Positions 37,101-49,754 of a stretch of DNA of 64,000 nt are shown here, piece after piece. The stretch is from Gnetum montanum (Eukaryota; Plantae; Gnetophyta): assembly GCA_015680685.1 (NCBI GenBank), contig MNCI01000738.1, positions 276,908 through 340,907 on the forward strand, read 5' to 3'. The position numbers and the translations under genes were made by a program. Numbering within the stretch: the stretch's first letter is position 1; every line of letters begins with the position of its first letter. Under the pieces are notes generated by a model. That model made no database searches and was not told where the DNA came from. It saw only the letters and a program-made list of their open reading frames with translations.

Positions 37101-40100
37101 AGATATCATGTTTAACTCACTTCATGTGCATAGGTATGTCAAGTCTAAAGAATGTAATGAGTGAAATCCAAGAGAAAATGAAAGATATGCCCTAGTATAT
37201 ATGGAATTGTCAAAGTAGAGATCATAGTAAAATACTCATTGGCTACCATACCTAAAATAGTAATAATGAGTTTGATATTATTGACTATTAAGAGCAAGGT
37301 TTCCTTGGTAAGCTTATATAAGTGAGATTTTTTCTTTGTAGGTAATAGATCATAAGTTTGAGTTAGTCTTGAGACATAATTATGTTTCTTTTGTTATAAT
37401 CAAATTTCTACTACTAATGTACTATATGATTCTATTATATGTTGCATAGTCCTAGTTGATCTTGTAACCAAAGTAAACATTTTTATTAAACATATAATAG
37501 CTCTCATATATAATGGTCTTATTTCTTGTTATTTTTATATAATTAGATATTAATATTATAGTAGAGCTAGAAATTATATGTTTATTTTCCTCAAATTACA
37601 TGGGTAAGGATAGGTTTGGTGAAAATAAGCTAAGTGTAGGGATGTAAGAAATGTTAGAAATTGGCTATAGAATCTTTGATCTTGTAGGACTTTGATAGAA
37701 TTATAAATTTTAAAATTTTATAGAATTTTGAATATTTTAAATGAATTATAAACAAATGCATCTTGTAATTTCAATTATGATGAATATTATTTATTAAATT
37801 ATTCTAAATTATGTAGAAATCATGTTGCAATGTAGAGTGACACTTGATATTAAATAACAAATTCTAGAAAATTATAGAAATCTTTTGTGATATGAAGATT
37901 TGATAATTATTTCTAACTATTAGTTACAATCTCATCCATTTTTTTATAGAATGATAAACTTAAGAAAATTTCTAGCTAGAAACTTAATTAATTTTTTTTA
38001 AGAAAACATAGTGATAATTCTTCATCATTTTATTTCTTCTCAAGATTGAAGTATGAAGAGAAAAGGTAAGTTTTAAGATCATGACTTTCTTCCATGTGCT
38101 CTTAAATCAAAAATAAATCATTCAACTACTTTTATAGTTAGTGAAGATGAATCACTTACTTTTCTTTTACAATGTTTGTGATGACATATATTCTACCTTT
38201 TAATATAGACTATATTTCATAGGAAAGTTATATAAGTATGCAAAAAAATTTATTTTACTAGCCTAGAACTTACATAGGAATTATAATAGGTATCTACTGT
38301 CGCTAGGTAGAATAGGATGAGAATAGAAGGAAGATGAGTGTTAGAGCTACAATATCTTTACTCTTACACAAGCATTCATCTTTGGAGACTAAATACATAG
38401 CTGGTAAAAATAAGATAAAAATTTTCACATAAGATTACTTATCATGATAAAAAAATAATGAATTTATTATTTCTTGGTTAGCCAAATGCTTAACATAGGT
38501 TCTTGATCATGTGTTTCTCTAGCCTAACTAATTTGTTGGCTAACAAAAATATCACTTCTTTTGAAATTGTTGAATTTATTATTATGAAAATAGAGTTTGA
38601 AGTCATAGGTTTTAGTTCTTCTAGGTTCATACTTATAAATATGGTTTGAATAAATTCAAAAAAAGGCATGAGTAACATCCAAGAGGTGATGATAGATTAT
38701 TGAATAAAGTTTGAGCATGAAGTTTGTATTAAATCAAATGCAACATTAACAATGACTAGAAAAGTAAACAAAATAATTATAAAAATGATAGAATGTTATG
38801 GAACTAAAGAATTGACTTTTAAAATCATGAAACATTAGTTATATGTATGCCATAGTTTTCCTAGCACATATATGTTCTACTTCTTGAAAGCCTCATCCAA
38901 CTCACGATAATCCTGTAGTTTATGAACCACTAAAATATATACTTATTAATAATAATTTTTTTAAAATAAAAATTATATACTATGAAAATGAAAATTATGA
39001 CTAAAAATATGAATTAAACACTTATGGTGAACTAAGAACAAGTATGCTTCTTCACTCTTTTAGGCATTTTCTTTCATATCTCTTGTGTTCCTAAGAATAG
39101 CTTGTGGTCTTTCTCCATCTTACCTAGTATACTCCCTATTATTTATAGGTTGATGATGTTCATTGAATTCTATTTTTATTTTCTAGCCATCTAGAAGAGA
39201 ATCCAACCCTCTTGCCTTTGCTTAAAATTTCTTTTTACCCTTTCCTACTATTATATTTTAGTAATAGTTAATAAGAAAATGACAAATAACAAAAATATTC
39301 ATGAAGATTTATCTCAATAATATATATATTATCAAATAAGAATAGAAAATTAACTAAATAATATCTAATTCAAATGTAGACTAAGACATCCACTTGTAGT
39401 TGGTCAAAATGAATAGAATCTCTATGGTACTTGCTAATTGCTTGATAAATACATAAAAAATATAATTATTAACAATAATTTGCAGTACTTAAATTTATAT
39501 CATATTACAAATAAATGTAATTTTAACCTTAAAAACACTTATTATTCTATAAATTTATTATGTATCATTTATTATAGTTTTATGTTATATTTAGACAATG
39601 AGTGTAGTTTATTTTCAAAAGTGTACAAGTCTTAATTATGTTTTTAAAATAATGCATTTAGAAAGTATTCTTGTGAAAGTGAAATAATAATAACATATTT
39701 ATGAAGGTACAAAACTCATGATAGTATCAAATACAAAGTAAACAATATTATTATTATTAAATGTTATTTTCTTATTTGTTATCACATTAAAACTTTTATA
39801 TCATTAGTTTGTTGTATTTTTTTCATTATGTTAATTTAATTATTTAATTATAAATATCATTAAAATAAAAAAATTTTACTTATAGATGAAATTAGTAATA
39901 TCTAAGTTTTAATTTAGTTATATTTTATAAGTTCAAGAACAAGAAAAAATGAACTATCACATATAGTGTTAATTTATGCTCTATAGTTTGGATTGTAGCA
40001 TGGCCCAGATTATGAAATAAATTGTTAAAGCTCATGTAACCATTGGAATTTTACAATCAATTAATTTGAGATAAAATACCTTCACATCTTTCATCCAATA

Positions 40101-41299
40101 TTTCTATGAGTTGAATTTTTATTATAAAAATAAAATTTACAAGGATTTTTCATGGAATCTACATTGCATTATTTTTTTAGAAAATTCTAAATAAGAAAAA
40201 ACTATTATTGAAAGATATGTGATAAGACCAAATTGTATTGAACCTTATCTAGTTCTATATGTTTACAATTTTAAAAGTATTTAAACCCATTCTTGTACAT
40301 TTAGAGGGGGTTTTTTAGAAATCCCATTTAGGGAACTTTCAAGAGAATCCTACCATAGTTTTAAGGATAATGTCATTGTTATTTCTTTCCTTTGTGATGA
40401 AGTTATTATTTAAAATAATTTAATACAAAAAACATGCTAAAATTGAGATGAGAGCAAGACCATTAAAGTCTACAAGGGCTATCTATCTTGTTGTAATAGG
40501 AGGCCATCTTTTTCTTTTTCATAGATTAGATGGAAAACATTAGATGTTCTTTGATATAATATTGTATTATTTTCTTCAATGAGAGTTATGTTCTATTTCA
40601 TTATTTGTTTCTTATGATTAGAATAAAAAGGACTTATTATAGAATTGTATCCATGATTGATAGACATTGGTATGAAAGTAATTGATCTTAACATTTTCTT
40701 TAGGATTATGATTTTTTCATTTTAATGTGTTTTGATTCCTTCAAGAATGAGATCCATGAATATGAGTCATGTGTTGGTCATAGACAAGGTGAAGCAAAGA
40801 AGGTAATCTAGCATCAAATTTTGGCTAGTAGGTCATTTTTATTAATACTTCTATAGTGAGTTTACCAATCATGCAATGTGTATGCCTAACTAAATGACTA
40901 AATTGCAAATACATGAAAATGCATAAAATATTGATTGTAATAAAAAATGTTTATAACTAAAAATAATCTAAATTGATTGCTATATTTTACCTCAAGTGGT
41001 CCAATCCAGTATATGGTTTCCTTTAGACATGTTAGTGCTATCATCAATCATGTCTAATCAATTACATGAAAAAGGAAATTAGCACAATCATTATTCAAAA
41101 TATATAGATGTAACTTTTATACATTTAAGAAAATATTAGAATAGAAATAGACAAAAACCATATAGCATAAAAATTTTAATTATTGTATTTAACCATATAT
41201 TAATATTATAATTCAATATCATATTATGAACCATAGAAATATCATGTTCTAAGTTACTTGTAATGCTTTTATCCTCTTTAAAATGTATATCTTCAATGT

Positions 41300-43650
41300 C
41301 TTCATTCACTATGTAACTTTTGAAACCTTCATCTTGTTCTTCATAAAGATTCCTAGGTTACACTCTACAACCACATACCAAGCTCAGTTGAATATTATAT
41401 ATATAAACCATGATTTTCTTGATATGCCATGATGAACATATCATCATATGTCTTTGTTCTTTGAATTATTTTTTTATATTAACCAATGTAAACCTTATGT
41501 CATCTTGTTTACCACTAATGGGTTGATTTATAAATTTAAAAAATTAATAAAAAGGAATTTTCAAATTATTCTAACAAGATATAAGAGATCTCTATGGACA
41601 TATGTGAACCAGTGAATGTAAGTAAAAGGAAAATTAGTTTCAATTTCACATATATCCACTAAGATCCCTTAGCTCTATCAGGCTAGTTTTAGAATTTTTC
41701 TTAGGGAATTTTTCAAATTGATAACTTAATGTTGACCAATAAAATTAAACATGTGAAGTGGAATTATTTATATAAGACTCTTACTACTAAGCCAATAACT
41801 CATTGTTTAAAAATTCATTCTCTATTATGTTGCATTTTTTCATGAAAAATCTATAACATAAGTACAAGATCAAGTCATATCAAATTTCTTATACTTTAAA
41901 CTAAGATATCATGTAATATTTGATACATTACATAATGCATTATAATTACTTATTTTTGAACCTTGATGTATATTCCCTAGTATGAATTTTTTCTAACATA
42001 TTTCCATGAATACCTTTGGAGGATTAAAGATATATTTTGAATTCTCAACAATTTAGTGAAATAAACCTTACAATTATACATATTTATAATGTTACTTTAT
42101 AAAATATTTAACTAATTAAATGTATATTAAAAGTAACCTAGCTATTTTATGAACTAGACTAATTGAATATACTAAGATATGTTCTCTTCAAATTCATTTA
42201 AAAGAATGCAATAGTGTGGCTATTCACACATTACTCATGACAAATTATATATAACACTAGTAAATAAAGCTCTTTCAAGAGATTCTTTCCTAGAGCTATT
42301 ATCATCATCACCATCATCATTTCTAGGAATTACATTCTTAAACATAGTAATGTTATTCATAGACCTTAAGAATAAATACAGTATCTCATCTATTAGGTAA
42401 CTTTGTGCAATGGATTCTTCTAGTTAGCTTTGATTTCTAACATATTTTGTAGAATAAGGATGTACCTTGTAACTGGATACATCCAAAAAAAATGTACTAC
42501 TCCACATGTTTAAAGCTTTATCAACAAATGCACTACAAGATATACCATGATATTTAATTATATTCTCAAGATCATAAAATATCCTCACTATATTCTAAAT
42601 TATTACATCTTCTGAATTTCAACCACCTTTCTTGTTACACATTTTAAGAAAAATAAAAATTATAAATAAACTTTCTAATAGTTGGTTTTAGATAATGTCT
42701 TCAATAGTAGTTATTTCATAAGCACATGATAGTCATGCCTTTTCTAATTCATAACCTTTATTTCATTGATTTGCACACATCTTGAAATATTTAACGTGGA
42801 TCAATTAGGTACTTTAATGCTCTTCAAAGATGAAGAAAATTGTTATTTCCTAGCTTTGGTAAAGTTAGCTAAAAATATAAGAAGAATGATTATATTTCCA
42901 TGTAGCTAAGATTATAGTTTTGAATGAATATGTAACTACAAATTTACATCTTCTCTTGAATTATTATTATTCTTTGTAAAATCTTTCAAATTTAATAGCA
43001 TGAGTTAAACTTTTATAAATAACTTTCTCAACATGCATGACATTTAGATTGTATTGAATAGTAAGTTCTTATAAGATATGTACATCTAGTTAAAAAATTC
43101 CAAATGTGTTAGTAGGTTTTTTTAAAAAAAAAACTATAAGAAAGATTATGTATTTATAGTGAGACAATACCTTTCAATATAGAAGTATAAAAAGAATTAA
43201 TATTTTATGCCAACCTATATTTTTCCTATTCTATCTTATTTTTCAAATTTTTTAAAAACATTTTCTAGTCACCATCCTTTGTAACAAACTTCTTTATATA
43301 TTAAAAACAATATTATTACTAGTCAAAGCAAATGAAGAAAATCTTAATTTCTTCTTTCCATTAAAAGGTAGAATGATAGTGATTCTCTATAGCCAAGAAA
43401 TATCAATGCCTCATATACCATAAGTTTTTATAATGCTTTAATCATAATGAATCAATATCTAGATCATCATGAGAATAAGTTAATTTTCCTTTTCTACTTC
43501 AACTTGAAATATTTTCATATGCAAGAAAATTATGTATTTTTCATTTGAAAGTAATATTCTCTATGGATGAGAAGTGGAGAAATCACAAGACTCTACCATA
43601 CAATTCATGAGTGCTAGCATGTGACCAAATCATAATCCATGGATGGACAA
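41300..43650 (-). mobile_element. CACTA (En/Spm) TnpD-type transposase remnant
   Basis: Minus-strand relics YNLNVMHVEK (~43030), LKSIKVP..NISRCV..KRHDYHVLM (~42720-42830), DUF4218-like HL..CGVVH..WMYPV.RY..KYVRNQ..EESIAQSYL (~42390-42550) and DUF4216-like KQDDI.FTLVN..FIMAYQ..WYVV (~41350-41520). Confidence 0.82.
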
Positions 43651-44639
43651 TGTTATTATGCTAGTAATTGATGTTAAGTTCAAGATAGTTGTCTTCTTAC
43701 TTTGAGTTAGTGAAGTTCAAGTGTATGGTTTAAATCTTAGTAAGACATATGATTGGTTGATGTTGTAAGGCTCTTAATGCCCCTACTGGTAAACATAATT
43801 AAAGGTACAACTCTAAGTCTAACTGACTAGGAAAACATAAATCTATCTCAACCTAATGTGATGGATATCTGGTCTTGGTCTACCATACTTGCCTTGGACT
43901 CATGTAGTCATCAATGGGATTACCAAGTCGTATTACTAATTAGTGAATCAAGTAATGCCACTACTAGGTTACTAGATAACTACACTTAGCACTCGAAATC
44001 AGTTATATCCATACTACTTACTAATGACATGTAAAGTAAAGTGCTTGCAATGTAAATGATTAACTAAGAAAATAGTAAAGATTATGCTAAGTAAACAAAT
44101 GAAACTAAGGGAATGCTTCAATGATGAAAAGAAATCTTGATCTTTATTACCATCATGAACTACATCCAAGTACAATTCACTTGAATAAAGATTCTAGAAA
44201 ATTGTCAAAAATCACACTGTAGTTATTCACTCTTTCTTACAACTTTGAAATAAAACTACAAGAGTTTCTCTAAGAGTTGGAATGAAAAGTTATGGATTAT
44301 GTGCCTAAGTGTCAATATTTATAGGGTTGCACACATCTTGAGACATTGCATCAACAACGACATAGCATGGGTTATGACATTGTTGCTATGATATCATAAA
44401 TATGATATTGCAGTGCAACAAAAATTGACTTTATCATACCCTCCCCTCAATTGACTGGAAACTTGTCCTTGAGTTAAAACAAAATGTGGATAAATTCACT
44501 TACAAAATTGTAAGGTATATTGGACTATACATGACTAACTAACTATTTACATGACTTAGAATGCCATAGTAGTGTTTTTACAAAATGACATAGTTACATG
44601 AAAAAAATTTGAAGTAGCTCAATGTAGTTTATGTTCTAT

Positions 44640-47528
44640 TTAGTGAAGGCTCTTCCATCAGCTTCTTTCCTTTGTCATTAGGCTTCTAAAATTGATATCT
44701 ATTTAAGGCTTCTTGAACCTTCTCTTCTTCCATCCTTGGGTCATGTACTATACATGCTTATTAAGCAATGTTAGATAGTGAAGGCTCTTCCATCAGCTTC
44801 TTTCCTTTATCATTAGGCTTCTAAAATTGATATCTATTTAAGGCTTCTTGAACCTTCTCTTCTTCCATCCTTGGGTAATGTACTATACATGCTTATTAAG
44901 CAATGTTAGATGGAGCAGGTACATCCCATAAACATGCTAGTTGCAGAAACATCTTATCTTCTTTCACATACAAGGTTGCAAACTACCATCTTTCTTATTC
45001 AAATACATTATCCATATTTCCAACCTCTTTGTATTCTAACATGTGATGCACTAGGTTTTCTGCTACATCTCTTTGCCCATGGTAGCTAGCCTTGACAACT
45101 TCTAACTCTGAGTTTGCCACATGTAACTTCTTTAGTGCATCTTTTCTATGGCAAACTCTTTCTTGTACATAGCATAAATGATCACCACCTACTTCTCTAA
45201 CTCATTCTAAGGCCCACCTACTATTAACATGGCCAAGTTAGCATAGCAAAGGTTTGGTAACCTCATGTATTCTATCTAGTCTTCTATTTGTAGGTCCTTG
45301 TTCTTTAGCTTAGCTTGGTGGACATGGACTAGACTAAAAATATGGATTGCTAATATGGATTTTGTGTAGAAAGGGAACTATGTTTGGCCTTTTATATCTA
45401 GATCTCTTTTTCATTTATTTGTTTGTACAAGCCCACTTGGTCTCTAAAATTCTCTTTGAGAGGTTCATGCTTCTTGGTCTCATTTTACCACATGGTTATT
45501 TCAATTTCTGACTTCTAGTAGATGGTGTGGACTTCTTCCATTGATAAGTTTCTGTTCTCATGGGCCAAGAGACTCATGTCATTGTTGCATTTAAATAGTT
45601 GTTCTCAAAGTTGTTGGATGTTCTTCTCAAGAACATTGTTGTGCTTTTTAATACTTGTCAACTAAGCATTATCAATAACTAACTTTTTATTCATTTCTTA
45701 TAAGGCAGTGAGTGATTTGGTGTGTGCATACTACCACCGATGCATCCCACACTAACTTATCCTTCTTTCTGTCCATCTTCATGTTATGATTAATTAGGCA
45801 CCTCACATGGTTGGTTCTAAATTTCTCAAGTTGGTCAGGTGCTATGAATTATGTAGGATCTCTTCTTTCAGCTCTCAAGGTAGCTAACTCTTCTTGCAAT
45901 AGCTACACCTCATTTTTTGCATGCTCAGCCTTGGATTTAGCCATAACCAACTTTTCTTTTGTGGCAATAAGATTAGACTGAACTATACTAATATCACTTG
46001 GGATATAAAAAATATTTTGCATTACTTACCTATCTACAGTAGTCTAGCTAGAATGTCTTCATACTCCACAGGATTCATTGAGATTCGAGAAACAATTTGA
46101 ACATCTTGTGCTCTAGAGATATCATTCAATGACATAACAAGAATGTTGAAAGATTTCTTAATGTGATTAGTGATGACCTTTGTTGCTCTTCCTACATCTT
46201 GGTGTTACATAACCATGATAGTAACACCTTCACCAGTTTTGAGCATTACATGGAATGATGTAGCATTCCCAAATATCTATTGTGTCCAATCATCCTTTCT
46301 CATGCTTGGAGTGATACTTACCCACTAGCTAGGTCTATGAATACTATGGGCCTTTCAAAGCTATCCTATAATTTATACCAACTATTCCCCTCCCTTAGTC
46401 CTTAACTTATTATTTTTGCAAGTTGTTGCATATGGCTCATAGATTGTTGATAATCTTGTGGTAGCAATGGCAGTACTTCTTACTGATATTACTGTTAATG
46501 TTGCTTAGCTTGCAGTTGGCTACTAAGTCCTACTCATTTCTACTAACTAATAGTAGTAATGTTACCAGTAGGAGTGGAACCTATAGCTCCCTCAATGCCT
46601 ATTTATTTTTCTACCTGATCCTTCTTTGGTGTCATTAGCTTGAGCATCTCTACATAGGAAGCATTCTAGGCCTTCCTAGGGACATCATTGGGGTACCCTA
46701 TGATTTCAGCTTGCTTGTATAGCTTCTTGATGAGGGATTCCCTACCTTCTTCTCTTCAAATCGACTCTAGATCTTGAGGAAGAATAGATGGATGATGTTA
46801 GAATTGAATTTTTCCATCAAGATTGCACTTCCTCTGGCTACATATGTAGATATCCTATTGATTCTTTTTGTTGGAAACAAGTGGTAGGTTTCTATCTTAA
46901 AGTATATATTCTCCTTAGCTGTGAGCTCACTATAATCTTTATCTTCTTTTCTATATGCTCTATGTAACCATAGCCTCTTTGCATCATTATCTAATCTCAT
47001 TGAGATTTGTGTCACATTACCCCTTCATTTGGGATGTTGAGGGCCTTTATAATTGTCTCTATTAAGTAAGGCACAAAGACTCCTTTGATTTTGATTATAG
47101 CATTGTTTGCTTATTCTACTAGAATTGGTATGTTTTCCTAGATACCACTCACCACTATTAGAAAGCATAGATCATAAAGGAGATGCTTGGAGTTTCATCT
47201 TTACAGTTTCTAGTGTAAACTTCATGAAAGGACCAAAATTCAACTCCACAATGCCTATGAATATGATAGATTTTTCTTGTATTGCTTGGAGGTATTTCAA
47301 AGATAAGGTTAGGCATTGCCCCTATTTAGGCACTATTAGAACCTCTACCTCCCCTTGTGTAGAATGCTCAGTAATATAAGTTTTTTGGTGAATGCTAAAT
47401 GATTGGACCACCTACTTTGCATGTTCTACTTGGGGAGTTTGTTCTTCTACTTAGCCTCTTCGATGGCCTCTTCGCCTCTTGCTCCTATGTTGGGAAGGTC
47501 CTTTAGCTATTGGTATCTTATGGATCAT
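44640..47528 (-). pseudogene. Accessory ORF of Athila-2, decayed
   Basis: ELNFGPFMKFTLETVKMKLQASPL.SMLSNSGEWY...ALNIPNEG aligns with Athila-1 ELNVRPFLEQALEDVRGQLKASPIWTIITSSGEWC...VLGLPDA. Confidence 0.7.
44641..44910. repeat. Near-perfect 135-bp tandem duplication
   Basis: 44641-44775 versus 44776-44910; two substitutions seen. Confidence 0.95.
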
Positions 47529-49754
47529 CTACAATTAATATGGGTTTAAGATTATTAAAGTGTCTATATTAGTTCTTAATAGTTCTTTATCTTTCTCATA
47601 CCCTTGGTTAGATCCAATTCTTATCTTAGTATGATTGGAGAGTGTTGGCACATTTTGGCCATTTTATGAAGCTAAAATATGAAATAAATGGATATAAAAA
47701 TATAAAATAGTAAAAGATATGCATTGGAAAACCCTAAGAAAATTTTTTCTGTCTTTTCTTTTGAAAATGATTTATTTAGTGCTTTTCTTTTAGTTGAAAT
47801 TGTAATTTGAAATATCGGATGAATTTTTCTCAATTCATAGCATCTCTGGACTATCAAGTTTAAATGGATACATAGGTAATCAATATTATTTTTAGAATTT
47901 AAGATAATATTGTTACAAAGTCCTTATGTTATAGATTCTAGTGGAAATAATCAATTTGAAATAAGCATTTAGACAAAATCCCATGGCTAAGATGCTAACA
48001 ATTTGACAAGTGCAAAGTTAAGGTGTACTGCAACGTTATTAAGAAAAATCCTCTATGATTTCCTCCTCTATAAAATGAAAAAGATAATTGAAACTAGGGA
48101 ATAGTGAACATCTACTCTTAATCTATGAAATTATATCAAAGTTACTAGAGTAGCAACAGATTAGAAGTTAATATTATGAAATCAATAACCTTAATTCAAT
48201 GAGAGTAGAAACAATTAATGCAACTCATCATCATCAAGAAACTTTTTATTTGCTACCTAAGAAATGGCATCTATTCAAGGAGAAAATCAATGTTTTCTAG
48301 TAACATTGCATCATGGTTCTTCCTTGCACTTCATCAAAATCAATGAATTCCTCACTCACCTACATGTTGAAAATATTAATAGCAACAACTAAAGTTTTTT
48401 GTTGAAAATAGTTAACCCTAATGCACGGTAGCATTGGAAACATAGCTAGGGTAAAGCCAAAAAATCAAAGAGGCAATTTAATGCTTAATGGTGGTTCAAT
48501 CCATCTAAGAGAGGGCCAATTGCAAACCCTTAATAAATGATTTGAAATAAATGAAAAATTCAAATTTCAATGCCAATGGTAATAGTCAAGGTGATGTCAA
48601 TACGAAGACCATGATTAGCTAAAGATGTGACTTGTACCAATAGTGATGGAGTTGGAAGCACCAATGGTTGCAAGATAAAGATGAGCCAATAGGTGGAGCT
48701 CCATGCATTTTAAACAGTTTTGCAATTACCAAAGCATACATCAACATGCTAGGGATGTTGGATGAAGCTGTGGTTTCAACATATGCTTGCATACCATGGA
48801 GACATCACTCCTGAACCAATTACATGCCCATGAGCAATGCAGTGGTGAGGGTAACTAATACAACAACAACAAACCCTTATGCCTAAACAACAAAAAAAAA
48901 TCATGTTTCATTCGTAGGAATGTTTGGATGAAGTATTATTAAAAATATTACTTATTCCATGGAAACCATAAGTTACAATATAATTTTGAGAAGATAATAC
49001 ATGTGCATATAACAACGACTATATAGGTTTATGGACCTTTATTTAGCCTATGTTAATTTTAATATGGAGGATGTATAAAGAAACTAACTAAATTTCCTAA
49101 ATGTGTGCACTTAAAAAGACACTTGCGGATTATGGCATGTATTTCTCCAATATTTTTTGTAACACCCTATGTGACTTTTATGATATTTGTTACCAACAGA
49201 ACACTTGGCAACCATAGCTCAAATTTCTCATAATCTCCATGGAAGCTTTAACTCCTGAGGTAGTTAAATATTTATATTCCTAAGATATTTGTAAGGCCCT
49301 TAACTCCTCATGGTTATTTTAACTACCTTAAGCACCCTATAAAAGAACCTTAAAAGATAGATTTGGGCGTGGGGGAGATTAGGAAAAGACAATTGAAGAT
49401 TATTTGTAAGATGACATGCTAAAGACATAAATTCACTACTTTGTTGTAATCCTATGAGTTCATTTCTTCCTGTTTTGTTCGAGTTACTTAGCTAATGGTT
49501 TAGATAGTATTATTACTAGCATTTAATTTGGGGGTTTTTCCTAGGTTATTTTTGTAGCTCTATTTTTTCATAATATTACACTCCTATTAGGAGTTTCCAT
49601 AAAAGAGCTAATGTTGTTGAAAAGCCTCAGGAGCAATTTAATAGTAATGTCTTAAAGAAATTGCCTATTTTGAGGATAGAGAATCAAGGAAAGTCTTTAG
49701 TATTTTGATGGGACTAAAATAGCTTCTTTATTTTTTACAAGTGCATTACCTTAG

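Larger units (their letters stand above)
43669..47642 (-). mobile_element. Second Athila-like element 'Athila-2': 3' LTR (43669-44436), PPT and accessory ORF
   Basis: TGAT...ATCA LTR; minus-strand CTCAAGGACAAG...GAGGGGAGGGTA PPT abuts 44436; internal ORF homologous to the Athila-1 accessory ORF. Confidence 0.78.
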
